IMG/VR virus record: IMGVR_UViG_3300026105_000260
Coordinates: 1 to 25,525 of that record
DNA length: 25,525 nt
Source: a virus
Taxonomy: Duplodnaviria; Caudoviricetes
Reading direction: 5' to 3' (one strand)
The notes below the pieces were generated by a model. The model ran no database searches and was not told the origin of the DNA. It saw only the letters and a list, made by a program, of their open reading frames with translations. Position 1 is the stretch's first letter; every line of letters begins with the position of its first letter. The position numbers were made by a program, and so were the translations under genes. Shown piece after piece: positions 1-9,461 of this stretch.

Positions 1-497
1 GCATGGGAGATGGCGGTGCTTGTCATCCAAGAGACAATATTGCATTGCGCTACATGGCGCAGGAACTTGATCTAGGCTACGATCTGTTTGATGCTATTAT
101 GAGTGCGAGAGAGATTCAAGCAAAAAACCTTGCTCTCGAACTAGTAAAGCACGCCAATGAAAACAACATGCCCATATACATTCACGGCAAAGCATATAAG
201 CCTCAAGTGCCTTATACAGACGGATCATACAGTCTACTAGTAGGACACTACGTTCAAGAGGTAGGAATAAAACCTACCTACATAGACCCTTACACAGGCG
301 ACGATTATCAACCTCAAGAACCTGGTGTATTTCTCATGGCACATTCTGCCTCAGTAACCTACGATTACAAAGAAACCAAAACTAGAGATGAAATTTATTG
401 TCCTATCCCGCCATTTAGCATCGTTATAGATCCCTGGCGTAGATTCACAAGTTCTGTAAGTAGAGTAATACATTATGGAAATACTAGACAGAGATAA
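1..497 (+). CDS. ugd: UDP-glucose/GDP-mannose dehydrogenase family protein, C-terminal part (5' truncated by window edge)
   Basis: (G)MGDGGACHPRD matches the catalytic GxGGxCxPxD motif; C-terminal GKAYKP and IDPWR-type motifs. Frame is open to the window start. Confidence 0.85.
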   Translation, partial: MGDGGACHPRDNIALRYMAQELDLGYDLFDAIMSAREIQAKNLALELVKHANENNMPIYIHGKAYKPQVPYTDGSYSLLVGHYVQEVGIKPTYIDPYTGDDYQPQEPGVFLMAHSASVTYDYKETKTRDEIYCPIPPFSIVIDPWRRFTSSVSRVIHYGNTRQR

Positions 498-513
498 CGT
501 TCGAGTGTAGTAT
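485..513 (+). promoter_or_regulatory. possible sigma70-like promoter for ORF 522
   Basis: TAGACA (485-490), 17-nt spacer, TAGTAT (508-513); no SD before ATG 522. Weak match in AT-rich DNA. Confidence 0.25.
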
Positions 514-521
514 AGTATACT

Positions 522-1202
522 ATGTATGATATCGTCTTTATATCCTATAATGAATCAAACGCAGATAAAAACTGGGGACTTTTAAAATCTCGTTTTCCGT
601 CTGCAAAAAGAGTAGACGGTGTAAAAGGAATTCATCAGGCACATATCAAAGCGGCAAAAAAATGCTTTACAAAGATGTTTTGGGTAGTAGATGCTGACGC
701 CGAATTACTAGACGAATTTGCTTTTGATTACGAAGTAGATGAATATAATTTAGACACTGTTCATGTATGGCGTTCTCATAATCCTGTAAATGATTTGATA
801 TATGGTTACGGCGGAGTAAAATTACTTCCAAGAACTAAGACTATAAAAATGGATACTTCTAAGCCTGACATGACAACTTCTATATCCGACAGTTTTACAG
901 CAATGGATGAAATTTCAAACATAACAGCATTTAACACTGATTCGTTTTCGGCTTGGCGATCTGGTTTTAGAGAGTGTGCAAAACTTGCCAGCCAGACAAT
1001 AGACAGACAACGCAATACAGAAACATTTGAACGCTTAGAAATATGGTGTAATCAAGGCGTAAATCGACCGTTTGGTATAGATGCTATTAAAGGTGCTAAA
1101 GAAGGCAGAAAATTCGGCGAAGAAAACAAAGACAATCCAACCGAATTACAGAAAATAAACAATTTCGAATGGTTGCTAGAAAAATTCCATGTTAAACATT
1201 AA
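522..1202 (+). CDS. glycosyltransferase-like protein (GT-A fold, DxD motif)
   Basis: N-terminal DIVFISY strand, GVKGIHQAH helix, WVVDADA DxD motif, YGYGGVKL; next to the nucleotide-sugar dehydrogenase. Confidence 0.6.
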   Translation: MYDIVFISYNESNADKNWGLLKSRFPSAKRVDGVKGIHQAHIKAAKKCFTKMFWVVDADAELLDEFAFDYEVDEYNLDTVHVWRSHNPVNDLIYGYGGVKLLPRTKTIKMDTSKPDMTTSISDSFTAMDEISNITAFNTDSFSAWRSGFRECAKLASQTIDRQRNTETFERLEIWCNQGVNRPFGIDAIKGAKEGRKFGEENKDNPTELQKINNFEWLLEKFHVKH

Positions 1203-2256
1203 AGAAATCAAGACTGTTCACATTGAACTTACTGATAAATGTCAAGCACAATGTCCTATGTGTGCCAGAAATTTTCATGGTGGAGAATTGCGTCCATTCA
1301 TCAAAGGCGGCGACATCTCTATAGAAGATTTTAAGGAATGGCTTCCTCGAGAATTTTTGTCTCAGTTAGAAAATTTTTATAGTTGCGGAAACTATGGTGA
1401 CCCTGCATTTGCCAAAGACTGTCTAGAAATATATGAATATGTAAGAAAATCAAATCCTCATACACGTCTTTCTCTTCATACAAATGGAGGAATGCGCAAT
1501 AAAGACTGGTGGAGAAAGCTTGCAGAGATAATAGGCACTCAGGCAAATTCTGAAGTTGTTTTTGCAATAGACGGATTTAAAGGCAAGCATGAATTATACA
1601 GAAGAAATACAAATTTTGATAAAGTTATAGAAAACATGTGTGCCTTTATTCGTGCTGGCGGCATAGCAAAAGTAGACAGTCTTGTTTTTGAGCATAATGA
1701 ACATGAAACAGAAGAACTAGAAAAATATCTTCTTGATCTAGGTGTACAGTCGGTAAACTTTGTTCGCACTACTAGATTTTATGAAATGACTGAGTTTAAA
1801 GTTTTAGATAAACAAGGAAATTTTGAATATAATCTAAAACCAGCTCAAAGAGAAGAATACAAAATGTCACCTAATTATGCTCTTTCGAAGTTACTGGATC
1901 AAGATTACCGAAATAACGCTGTTAGAAACAGCACTATTGTGCCTAGATGTAAAAAAGAAAAAAGTGTATATATAGATCCGTATGGCAATTTGTTTCCCTG
2001 TTGTTGGATAGGGGGAGAATATCAAGAAACTCCTGTAAAAGAAGAATTACCAATTCATACACTACGAAATATCACAGTAAAAAATTCACAAGAGATGTTA
2101 GACGTTGTAGGCGTGCCTAATTGCAAAGATAGAATTTTTCATAGAGACTTTATGCTATGGAATAAGTTACCAGATTACTGGGAAGGTGAGAATAAATGTC
2201 TTACCTGTGCAAGACAGTGTTCTACTATGATGTATGATGTAGGAAAGTATGTCTAA
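1189..2256 (+). CDS. radical SAM protein with C-terminal SPASM/Twitch domain
   Basis: CQAQCPMC (CxxxCxxC), GNYGDP in place of GGEP, HTNG, FAIDG; C-terminal PRC...YIDPYGNLFPCC...CLTCARQC. Confidence 0.92.
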   Translation: MLNIKEIKTVHIELTDKCQAQCPMCARNFHGGELRPFIKGGDISIEDFKEWLPREFLSQLENFYSCGNYGDPAFAKDCLEIYEYVRKSNPHTRLSLHTNGGMRNKDWWRKLAEIIGTQANSEVVFAIDGFKGKHELYRRNTNFDKVIENMCAFIRAGGIAKVDSLVFEHNEHETEELEKYLLDLGVQSVNFVRTTRFYEMTEFKVLDKQGNFEYNLKPAQREEYKMSPNYALSKLLDQDYRNNAVRNSTIVPRCKKEKSVYIDPYGNLFPCCWIGGEYQETPVKEELPIHTLRNITVKNSQEMLDVVGVPNCKDRIFHRDFMLWNKLPDYWEGENKCLTCARQCSTMMYDVGKYV

Positions 2257-3241
2257 TTATCACACTATTCCATTCGATAAAATAGTCAAACTAGGCCAAA
2301 AGACTCTCCTAGACCACCGTCTTTTTTCAGTTTCCTGGATCCTGGCTAGATATTGTAATTATTCATGCTCTTATTGCTGGCCATACGCAAGATCTAGTGT
2401 CTCAGATCACCGTCCTCTAGAAACCTACTGTAACGTAATGGACAACATCAAGGTACAGAGTCGTCTCAATGGTTTCGACAGTTTCCACTTCAGTTTTTCC
2501 GGAGGCGAACCAACTGCATATAAACATTTTCTTAAACTGATAGAACACTATGCTGACGACAGCCTGCCAGAGTATCAAAGCATACACATGACTACAAATC
2601 TGTCACCGGGCGCAAAATGGTGGAGTCGCTGGATTGCTGCTACTGAAAATCTTAGTAGGAGATCTATCACAGCAAGTTTTCACGCAGAGTTTGCCAACGA
2701 ACAACAGTTTGGCGACAAGTGTCTTCAACTGACAGACGCTGGTGTATTTGTCACAATCAATCAAGTAATGGTGCCAGAACTGTTTGACGAATACTGGGAA
2801 CGCTGTCGCCGCTTTGCAGATCGGGGCATAAACGTCACTGTAAAGCCTCAAAGCGACCCTACAGCAAGTTTTGTAGTGCATGGGTATACCCAGGCACAGG
2901 TTGACTGTTTACAAACGGGCTTTCCTCAGCATGCTAACGGTGAAGAACTTGCACAGATGAGATTGACGGACGACGCTGGCACAGAGTACGACCTAGATCA
3001 AGCAGAACGACTAAATGCGTTCGGATTTAACAAGTTCAAAGGCTGGCTTTGTAATGCTGGTTATCAGAGTTGTATTATCCGTGAGCCGGGAGGAGAAATA
3101 AAACGTTCTTATTCCTGTCACGACCAACCACTCGGCTCTATTGACGAAGGATTTGATCTATTCCAATCACCTATAAAGTGTATAACACCGACCTGTGTGA
3201 GTTCAGCGGACTCTAAAATACCCAAGGCAAAAAATGTATAA
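2249..3241 (+). CDS. radical SAM protein with C-terminal Twitch-like domain
   Basis: CNYSCSYC, FSGGEPT, TTN, ASFH; C-terminal FKGWLCNAG...SYSC...CITPTCVSSAD. Confidence 0.92.
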   Translation: MSNYHTIPFDKIVKLGQKTLLDHRLFSVSWILARYCNYSCSYCWPYARSSVSDHRPLETYCNVMDNIKVQSRLNGFDSFHFSFSGGEPTAYKHFLKLIEHYADDSLPEYQSIHMTTNLSPGAKWWSRWIAATENLSRRSITASFHAEFANEQQFGDKCLQLTDAGVFVTINQVMVPELFDEYWERCRRFADRGINVTVKPQSDPTASFVVHGYTQAQVDCLQTGFPQHANGEELAQMRLTDDAGTEYDLDQAERLNAFGFNKFKGWLCNAGYQSCIIREPGGEIKRSYSCHDQPLGSIDEGFDLFQSPIKCITPTCVSSADSKIPKAKNV

Positions 3242-4463
3242 TATTGTATTTTGGAACCAAAAAGAAAATTTGAACAATGTTGATTTTTATAATCATTATG
3301 GTTCAACATACAAGCAAAAAATAATGCAAGAAAAGTTTTCAAGATATAACATACCTTTTTCTGAAAAAATTATAGACAACGATAGGTTTAATGCAAGCGA
3401 CCTTAATATCTTTGTGATTGAAATAAAATATCTAAATGTTTTTTTAGGAACATTGCAAAAACAATTTACAAATTCTACTCTTAACTTTATAAGGAAAAAC
3501 AATCTTAAAATTATACTACATTATGCTAAAGAGGGCCATGAGTTAGACAATCATATCGAAATAATTTATAAAGAATTAACGAATGCTAATCTTCTTGACA
3601 ACGAAATATTCTTAATTTTTGGTGATAGAGACTGTAAAGATAATTATCATGAAAACATTAGGAAAAAAAATCTACCAAACTTTCTGAAGAAGGTTTTCCA
3701 CGTTAATTTTTTTGAATCTCATTACTTAGATACTCTTAGTGACTTACAAGAAGATATAAAAAAGCAGAATAATGATATTTTTGAAAAACAAAAAGAGTAT
3801 CTTTTTTATAATGGTAAAATAAGGACACATCGATTACTTGCACATTATGAAATAAAAAAAAGAAAATTAGATAAATTTGGCTTTATAAGTTTTATAGGAG
3901 ACACGCATGTTCCGAGCGAATACAATTTAGAATTTTATAAGAATCATATAGGAAAATTAGGACTTTTAGATTCCGATTTAGAAATGTATTTGAAAGATTG
4001 GAGTCCATTAATACTAGACAAGAAATCATTAGACTTTACATATAAAAATCAGAATCAAACATGTAAACAACATTATAGAAATAGTTTTTTCTCTCTAGTA
4101 AGTGAAATGTCTATTACTACTAGATTTTACACCGAAAAAATATATAAGCCTTTGTTAAATGGTCATCCTTTTTTGGTATTAGCAGGTAGAGGTTTCTTAG
4201 AAGGACTGCGTGATGACGGGTATATGACCTTTCCTGAAATTTTTGACGAAAGTTACGATAAAGAAAAAGATCCTGTAAAAAGACTATTTATGGTGATAGA
4301 TGAACTAGAGAATTTTTGTTCTAAGTCGGCTAGAAACAAAAAAATACAAATTGGTCTTTGCAGAGAAAAAATAGAGCATAATAGGAATAATTTTTTAAAA
4401 AGAGCAAAAAACAGTTTAGCACAGCGATATAGTACTATAATGGATGATATAAATGAAAGTTAA
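3234..4463 (+). CDS. hypothetical protein, possible glycosyltransferase (GT10/fucosyltransferase-like C-terminus)
   Basis: FYNGKIRTHR and FSLVSE...FYTEKIYKPLLNGHPFLV resemble the fucosyltransferase-type TEK motif; very AT-rich. Confidence 0.45.
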   Translation: MYNIVFWNQKENLNNVDFYNHYGSTYKQKIMQEKFSRYNIPFSEKIIDNDRFNASDLNIFVIEIKYLNVFLGTLQKQFTNSTLNFIRKNNLKIILHYAKEGHELDNHIEIIYKELTNANLLDNEIFLIFGDRDCKDNYHENIRKKNLPNFLKKVFHVNFFESHYLDTLSDLQEDIKKQNNDIFEKQKEYLFYNGKIRTHRLLAHYEIKKRKLDKFGFISFIGDTHVPSEYNLEFYKNHIGKLGLLDSDLEMYLKDWSPLILDKKSLDFTYKNQNQTCKQHYRNSFFSLVSEMSITTRFYTEKIYKPLLNGHPFLVLAGRGFLEGLRDDGYMTFPEIFDESYDKEKDPVKRLFMVIDELENFCSKSARNKKIQIGLCREKIEHNRNNFLKRAKNSLAQRYSTIMDDINES

Positions 4464-5055
4464 CATAGAAGATGTTCTATTTTGGATGGATGCCATAAGA
4501 AATTCAAATGATAGATATAGAACACTGGAAAGTTTCTGGAAAGGTCAAGTCCGTTCAAAGATATGGTTGATAGAAAATTTATCAAAGTATACGCTAGATA
4601 AGCCCAACCGTGTTGTTATATTCGGGGGCTGGAACGGAGTTCTAGCATCTTTACTTTTTAATTCTGAGATTCCTATCGAACATATTACTTCAGTTGATAT
4701 AGATCCTACATGCAAAGAAACTGCTAATACTGTTAATAAAAGATACGAAATGGAAGGAAGATTTTCTGCAGTCACATCAGATATGAAGGATTTCGAATAT
4801 ACAGAAACACCGAGTATAGTTATTAACACAAGTGCAGAGCATGTATCCGACGATGTTCTAAAAATTTGGTTTTCTAAAATACCAACGAAAACGTTATGCA
4901 CAATACAGAATAATGATTATTTTGAACTTGAGGAACATATCAATTGTGTAAATACAGCGCAGCAATTAGAAGCAAAATTTTCTCTAGATAGAACGTATCT
5001 TGACTCACTCACAACTTCAAAGTATACAAGGTTTATGATAATAGGACATGTCTGA
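4453..5055 (+). CDS. class I SAM-dependent methyltransferase-like protein
   Basis: Motif I VVIFGGWNG, acidic motif II SVDIDP, TSDM, VINTSAEH. Confidence 0.7.
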   Translation: MKVNIEDVLFWMDAIRNSNDRYRTLESFWKGQVRSKIWLIENLSKYTLDKPNRVVIFGGWNGVLASLLFNSEIPIEHITSVDIDPTCKETANTVNKRYEMEGRFSAVTSDMKDFEYTETPSIVINTSAEHVSDDVLKIWFSKIPTKTLCTIQNNDYFELEEHINCVNTAQQLEAKFSLDRTYLDSLTTSKYTRFMIIGHV

Positions 5056-6457
5056 AGACTTAGAAAAATTAAAGCATTTATCAGTGTCTGATTTACAAGG
5101 TAAAATAGAATCTGTGTCAGGCTCTCCTACCTATTGTGTCCTACCTTGGATCCATTTTGCAACTAGACCAAACGGAGACATGAGGCTATGCTGTTCTGCT
5201 AACGCCAGCGGAGCAGGCGAGGATCACGAAGTTGGTCTTGTAAAAAATGAAAACGGCAAGCCGGCTAACTTCGGAACAGACACGCCTATGAGTGCGTGGA
5301 ATAACGGCTATATGAAAAGCGTGCGCAAAACGATGCTAGCAGGCAAAGTGCCTAAATCCTGCACTAAATGTTTTGACGAAGAATCTAAAGGAGTTGTATC
5401 TAAAAGAATTTGGGAAACTCTTACTTGGCATTATGATGATGTGGACATACCAGAACTTATTCGTCAAACTCAAGAAGACGGAACTGTGCCCGAACAGTTA
5501 AAATACCTTGATTTAAGACTTGGGCATACCTGTAATATAAAATGCGTAATGTGTTCTCCTCATGATTCGTCGAGGTGGCTTCAAGACCATTCTAAACTAA
5601 TGGACAATCTGAAAGATCCTAATGTTACACGTCAGATGCAATTTAATAAGAAACAATTTGATAACAAGTGGCACGAAAAATCTACATTCTGGGAAGACAT
5701 GTATGCGCAGATTCCTAATCTAAGGCAGGTTTATTTTGCCGGCGGTGAACCTCTAATGATCAAAGAACACAAACAGTTCATCGAAGAAATTCTAAAGCAA
5801 GGATGTCAAGATAAAATCCTGTTGCGATATAATTCTAATGGTCTGTTAGTAGATGAAGATTTAATTGAAATGTGGAAGCGTTTTAGGAAAGTAAAGTTTG
5901 CTATATCAATGGATGCTTGCTACGAAAGAGACGAATACATAAGATACCCTACAGATTGGGCAACAGTAGAACGTAATTTACACATGTTAGATAATACACC
6001 CGATAATATTACAACCAGTCTTGCGACAGCGATACAGATATTAAATGTCAAACACCTACCAGATTTTATGAAATGGAAGGTAGAATCAAAATTTAAAAAA
6101 CTAAATTTTGCTAATGTGCCAGGCGGAATTCAGATGGGAGCAGGTTTAGTAAACATGCATTTGTTATATCTTCCTACTTTTTTAAGTGTACAGGCTTTAC
6201 CTAAAGACGATAAACAAGAAGTTCGAGAACGATACTTAGAATTTAAAGATTGGCTATGGAATAATTATAGACAAGACGACGATTTTTGGAAACACAATCC
6301 ATATGGTTGGCGACGTTGGGAAGCTGTAATGAATCATATGGACGCAGAAGATAAATCAAATGAATTATTAGGTTTTAGAGAATATATAAGAGAACTAGAT
6401 GCAATAAGGGGATTAGATGCTACCTCAGTTTTTCCTGAATTAGCACATTTATTATAA
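5048..6457 (+). CDS. radical SAM protein with N-terminal Twitch domain
   Basis: N-terminal CVLPW...GDMRLCC...CTKC, then DLRLGHTCNIKCVMC, FAGGEP, NSNG, ISMD, YIRYP. Confidence 0.93.
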   Translation: MSEDLEKLKHLSVSDLQGKIESVSGSPTYCVLPWIHFATRPNGDMRLCCSANASGAGEDHEVGLVKNENGKPANFGTDTPMSAWNNGYMKSVRKTMLAGKVPKSCTKCFDEESKGVVSKRIWETLTWHYDDVDIPELIRQTQEDGTVPEQLKYLDLRLGHTCNIKCVMCSPHDSSRWLQDHSKLMDNLKDPNVTRQMQFNKKQFDNKWHEKSTFWEDMYAQIPNLRQVYFAGGEPLMIKEHKQFIEEILKQGCQDKILLRYNSNGLLVDEDLIEMWKRFRKVKFAISMDACYERDEYIRYPTDWATVERNLHMLDNTPDNITTSLATAIQILNVKHLPDFMKWKVESKFKKLNFANVPGGIQMGAGLVNMHLLYLPTFLSVQALPKDDKQEVRERYLEFKDWLWNNYRQDDDFWKHNPYGWRRWEAVMNHMDAEDKSNELLGFREYIRELDAIRGLDATSVFPELAHLL

Positions 6458-7687
6458 CCAGTCGTTATTATGCCAAGTAGGTTTAACTAGATTTTCAATT
6501 TCAATAACATCTGTGTCTATACATCTTTTTATTAAATTTGTTGGTGGCATAAACCCAGCGGCACTCCTGGATGCAAAATTCAGCCAAGAATAAGGAACTG
6601 TGTTCTTAAGTTTGTTGATTATCTGATTTTCAGCACAAATTCTCAATTTTAGATTGTTAAAATTACATGTTCCTTCGTAACAGAATATATTGCTTAGATT
6701 AATAAGTGTATTTTGTTGGTTATTCTGGTCAATATAAGAAGACAGTGTGTTCCAGTCATGCAACAAATTTGTTTTTAAAAAAATGTAGTCTACGTTAGGT
6801 AATTTAGTAACATTTTCTTGCCAATATTTTAAACTTTTTTCGTTATAATCGTATAATATTATTTTCACTTTGTCAGACTTAGATATGCAGGATAGATACC
6901 ATTCTCCGCTTGCCGGAGAAACAATTTGTACTAAGTCGTTTATTTTTTGATTTTGCCATTCAGTGTTTTGTGTATGTATATGTTCATTTTCACAATAACA
7001 TTCTTTATATGCAACCTGATTTAAGTGTTTGTAAAAATCTTTTTCGTATTCAGGATATAAGTAAAATTTATTTTGTCTAATGTTATTATCAAAGGCTTTA
7101 AGGCTGTAATTATTATCTAGCGCGGTTTTTATAATATTCCAGCCGTGGCACTTATGTTGAAAAGTCCTTTGCACACTTCCAGGTTCGATCCAAATTGGTG
7201 TGTAATCATCGTGAATATTTTTATTTGATCTATAAGGATTTGTTTGGGTATGGCGAGAGCCTAGGATTTGTTTTCCTATTTTAGGTTTTCCTAATTTTTT
7301 ATAAATTTTTAGATTAATTAAATAGCATTGATGATGTAATTCGTAGTAGGCATCTTGCCTGTCTAAAATATGCCCTTTTATAAAAAAATCTTCTAGACAT
7401 TCTTTTTCAAACTCTTTAAAACATGTATCTCCGTTAATAAATTCTGTACCGGTTGCAAAAACCAAGGCATAATCGTAATGTTTACAAGATTCATGCAGTA
7501 ATTTATCCTCATTTTTTCCTTGTATTACTTTATATCCCTTATTATAGATATTGCTTATTGTATAATCAGACTGATTTTTAATAATTTCACTTGCCCAATT
7601 GTCACAGGCGTTATCTGTAATGTCGACGCAGCAGAAAACAATATTTTTTTGATTAGTTTGCTGATAAAAATTAACTATATTTTGCAT
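6452..7687 (-). CDS. hypothetical protein (possibly two-domain; weak Rossmann-like C-terminus)
   Basis: 411-aa ORF coupled to the upstream gene by a 17-nt overlap; motifs GHILDR, HDDYTPIW, SPASG, LYDYN, NLSNIF. No confident family. Confidence 0.7.
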   Translation of the reverse strand: MQNIVNFYQQTNQKNIVFCCVDITDNACDNWASEIIKNQSDYTISNIYNKGYKVIQGKNEDKLLHESCKHYDYALVFATGTEFINGDTCFKEFEKECLEDFFIKGHILDRQDAYYELHHQCYLINLKIYKKLGKPKIGKQILGSRHTQTNPYRSNKNIHDDYTPIWIEPGSVQRTFQHKCHGWNIIKTALDNNYSLKAFDNNIRQNKFYLYPEYEKDFYKHLNQVAYKECYCENEHIHTQNTEWQNQKINDLVQIVSPASGEWYLSCISKSDKVKIILYDYNEKSLKYWQENVTKLPNVDYIFLKTNLLHDWNTLSSYIDQNNQQNTLINLSNIFCYEGTCNFNNLKLRICAENQIINKLKNTVPYSWLNFASRSAAGFMPPTNLIKRCIDTDVIEIENLVKPTWHNNDWL

Positions 7688-8411
7688 ATGTTTTTTCGTA
7701 ACTCCTAACTAATAAGTCAGTAAATTGTTCTAAATTTTGCGTTGAAACACCTTGCAGTATTAGATGTATTCTAGGTTGATTGCTATTGTTAATAACACTA
7801 TGGTAATGTCTAATATTGATTAAAAACGCCTTTCCTTCATCAAAGGGCACAGTGCCAAAACCGTCTAGCGAAAAGAAGCATTCGCTTGGATGTACAACAG
7901 CTATATTGATAGGTATGCCTATTTTTAGCACATCTATACCTAATTCACCGGGCAACTTCCCCGGAGCGTCGCTATGAGGTTCAATATAACCACCAGGATC
8001 TAATTTCATAAATCTTATTCTTTTAAATTTGTCATATGGAAAATTTTGACAAAATTTCTTTATTGCAGGCGTATGGTTACTTAATTCTGTCCAATCATAA
8101 ACTACCTCGTCTTCAGATTTATAACCATAATTGAACCAGGTTCCGGTTTTATCTATACCTATCCCATGTAAACAACAACTACTCCAACCTTTACTATCGT
8201 CGCTTCGATGAGGAACAAAGTATTGGTAACATTTTTCTAATTCTTTTTTCCATTTCTCTACTTCTATTGGTAGATCTAATTCTATAAACCCGAAATCAGA
8301 ATAATTTACTATCCAATTTGCTTTTTCGTAGGACGTGTTCAAATTTTTAGGTATAGGAGTCAAGATAGGTTTGTCCTGTGTGTTATTTTCAAAGAATTTG
8401 TAACTGTTCAT
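7671..8411 (-). CDS. 2OG-Fe(II) oxygenase, aspartyl/asparaginyl beta-hydroxylase-like
   Basis: RIRFMKLDPGGYIEPHSD (HxD) and YHSVINNSNQPRIHL (distal His, Arg). Start moved from 8465 to ATG 8411 (MNSYKFF), which removes a head-to-head overlap and sits 5 nt from a GATAAGTA box. Confidence 0.8.
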   Translation of the reverse strand: MNSYKFFENNTQDKPILTPIPKNLNTSYEKANWIVNYSDFGFIELDLPIEVEKWKKELEKCYQYFVPHRSDDSKGWSSCCLHGIGIDKTGTWFNYGYKSEDEVVYDWTELSNHTPAIKKFCQNFPYDKFKRIRFMKLDPGGYIEPHSDAPGKLPGELGIDVLKIGIPINIAVVHPSECFFSLDGFGTVPFDEGKAFLINIRHYHSVINNSNQPRIHLILQGVSTQNLEQFTDLLVRSYEKTYAKYS

Positions 8412-8416
8412 ATGGA

Positions 8417-8445
8417 TACTTATCGTATATAAGGAATAATAAATA
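8417..8445. promoter_or_regulatory. divergent late-promoter-like boxes: GATAAGTA (-, 8417-8424) and ATAAATA (+, 8439-8445)
   Basis: Resemble the T4 late consensus TATAAATA; each lies 5 nt from the ATG of its divergent gene. Confidence 0.6.
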
Positions 8446-8450
8446 ATTTC

Positions 8451-9461
8451 ATGACTAGTTTGCAAAGTATTATCTCTACGCAGGATCCTGATTTATTAGA
8501 TATTAGATTTTGGCCAACAGATATTTGTAATTTTTCATGCGAATATTGTTTTCCTGGTAGCGTTCTAAACAAACTAAGATATCCTAAAAATGTACATACA
8601 GTAGTGAAAAATTTTAGAATACTTTTTGATTCCTACATAGACAATAACGGAAAAGAAAGGTTCAAATTAAACATTGTAGGAGGCGGTGAGCCAACACTTT
8701 GGCCAAAATTTAAAATTTTTTGCGAAGAAATTAAAAAACATCATGATGTGTATATACAATGCACAACTAATGCATCAAGAACAGTGCGATGGTTTCAAGA
8801 AAATTCAAAAGACGTAGATGAATTTGTTTTAAGTTATCATGCAAAAGACTGTAATTTCGAAAATTTTATTTCAGTAGCAGATTATCTATATAGTACAGAA
8901 AAGAATGTAACAGCTTTGGTACTAATGGATAATACCAGATGGGAGAAATGTGTAGAAGCAATAGAAAAAATGAAAAATGAAAGCGAGTATCCGTGGGTAA
9001 TACAAGCTAAAGAGATTGTAGATGCACCTGGATATGATATAGATAGTTATACGCAAGATCAACTAGATTTTTTACATCAACCATTGAAGAGACTACCGGA
9101 TTCAGATTATATAATTAAAAATCTTGAACATTTTAGAATACATGAAAGTATTGCAATTTACGATGAAGATACTGCTGTTCCAGTGACTGCAAACAAATAT
9201 ATTGTAGACAAAGAAAATTACTTCAGAGGGTGGAAATGCCATGTTCCGATAGAGAATTTGGTAATAGGGCACGACGGAAGTATAAAAGGAAGTTGTCAAG
9301 AAGAAATCTTTAAGAATGCAAAAATTAATATTTTTTCTGAAGATTTTGAACGTGAGTTCAGAAAGGAACAACTACTTTTAAAACCTATTACTTGCCCAAG
9401 AACTTCTTGCGCGTGCCAACCAGACAATCATATCACAAAGTTTAAAGATGCAAAATTTTAA
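8451..9461 (+). CDS. radical SAM protein with C-terminal Twitch-like domain
   Basis: CNFSCEYC, GGGEPTLW, TTNASR, LSYH; C-terminal FRGWKC...GSC...CPRTSCAC. Confidence 0.92.
   Translation: MTSLQSIISTQDPDLLDIRFWPTDICNFSCEYCFPGSVLNKLRYPKNVHTVVKNFRILFDSYIDNNGKERFKLNIVGGGEPTLWPKFKIFCEEIKKHHDVYIQCTTNASRTVRWFQENSKDVDEFVLSYHAKDCNFENFISVADYLYSTEKNVTALVLMDNTRWEKCVEAIEKMKNESEYPWVIQAKEIVDAPGYDIDSYTQDQLDFLHQPLKRLPDSDYIIKNLEHFRIHESIAIYDEDTAVPVTANKYIVDKENYFRGWKCHVPIENLVIGHDGSIKGSCQEEIFKNAKINIFSEDFEREFRKEQLLLKPITCPRTSCACQPDNHITKFKDAKF

Noticed and set aside
8412-8465. N-terminal extension of the AspH-like ORF to 8465
   Set aside because: It would overlap the divergent gene head-to-head and cover both promoter boxes; ATG 8411 fits better.
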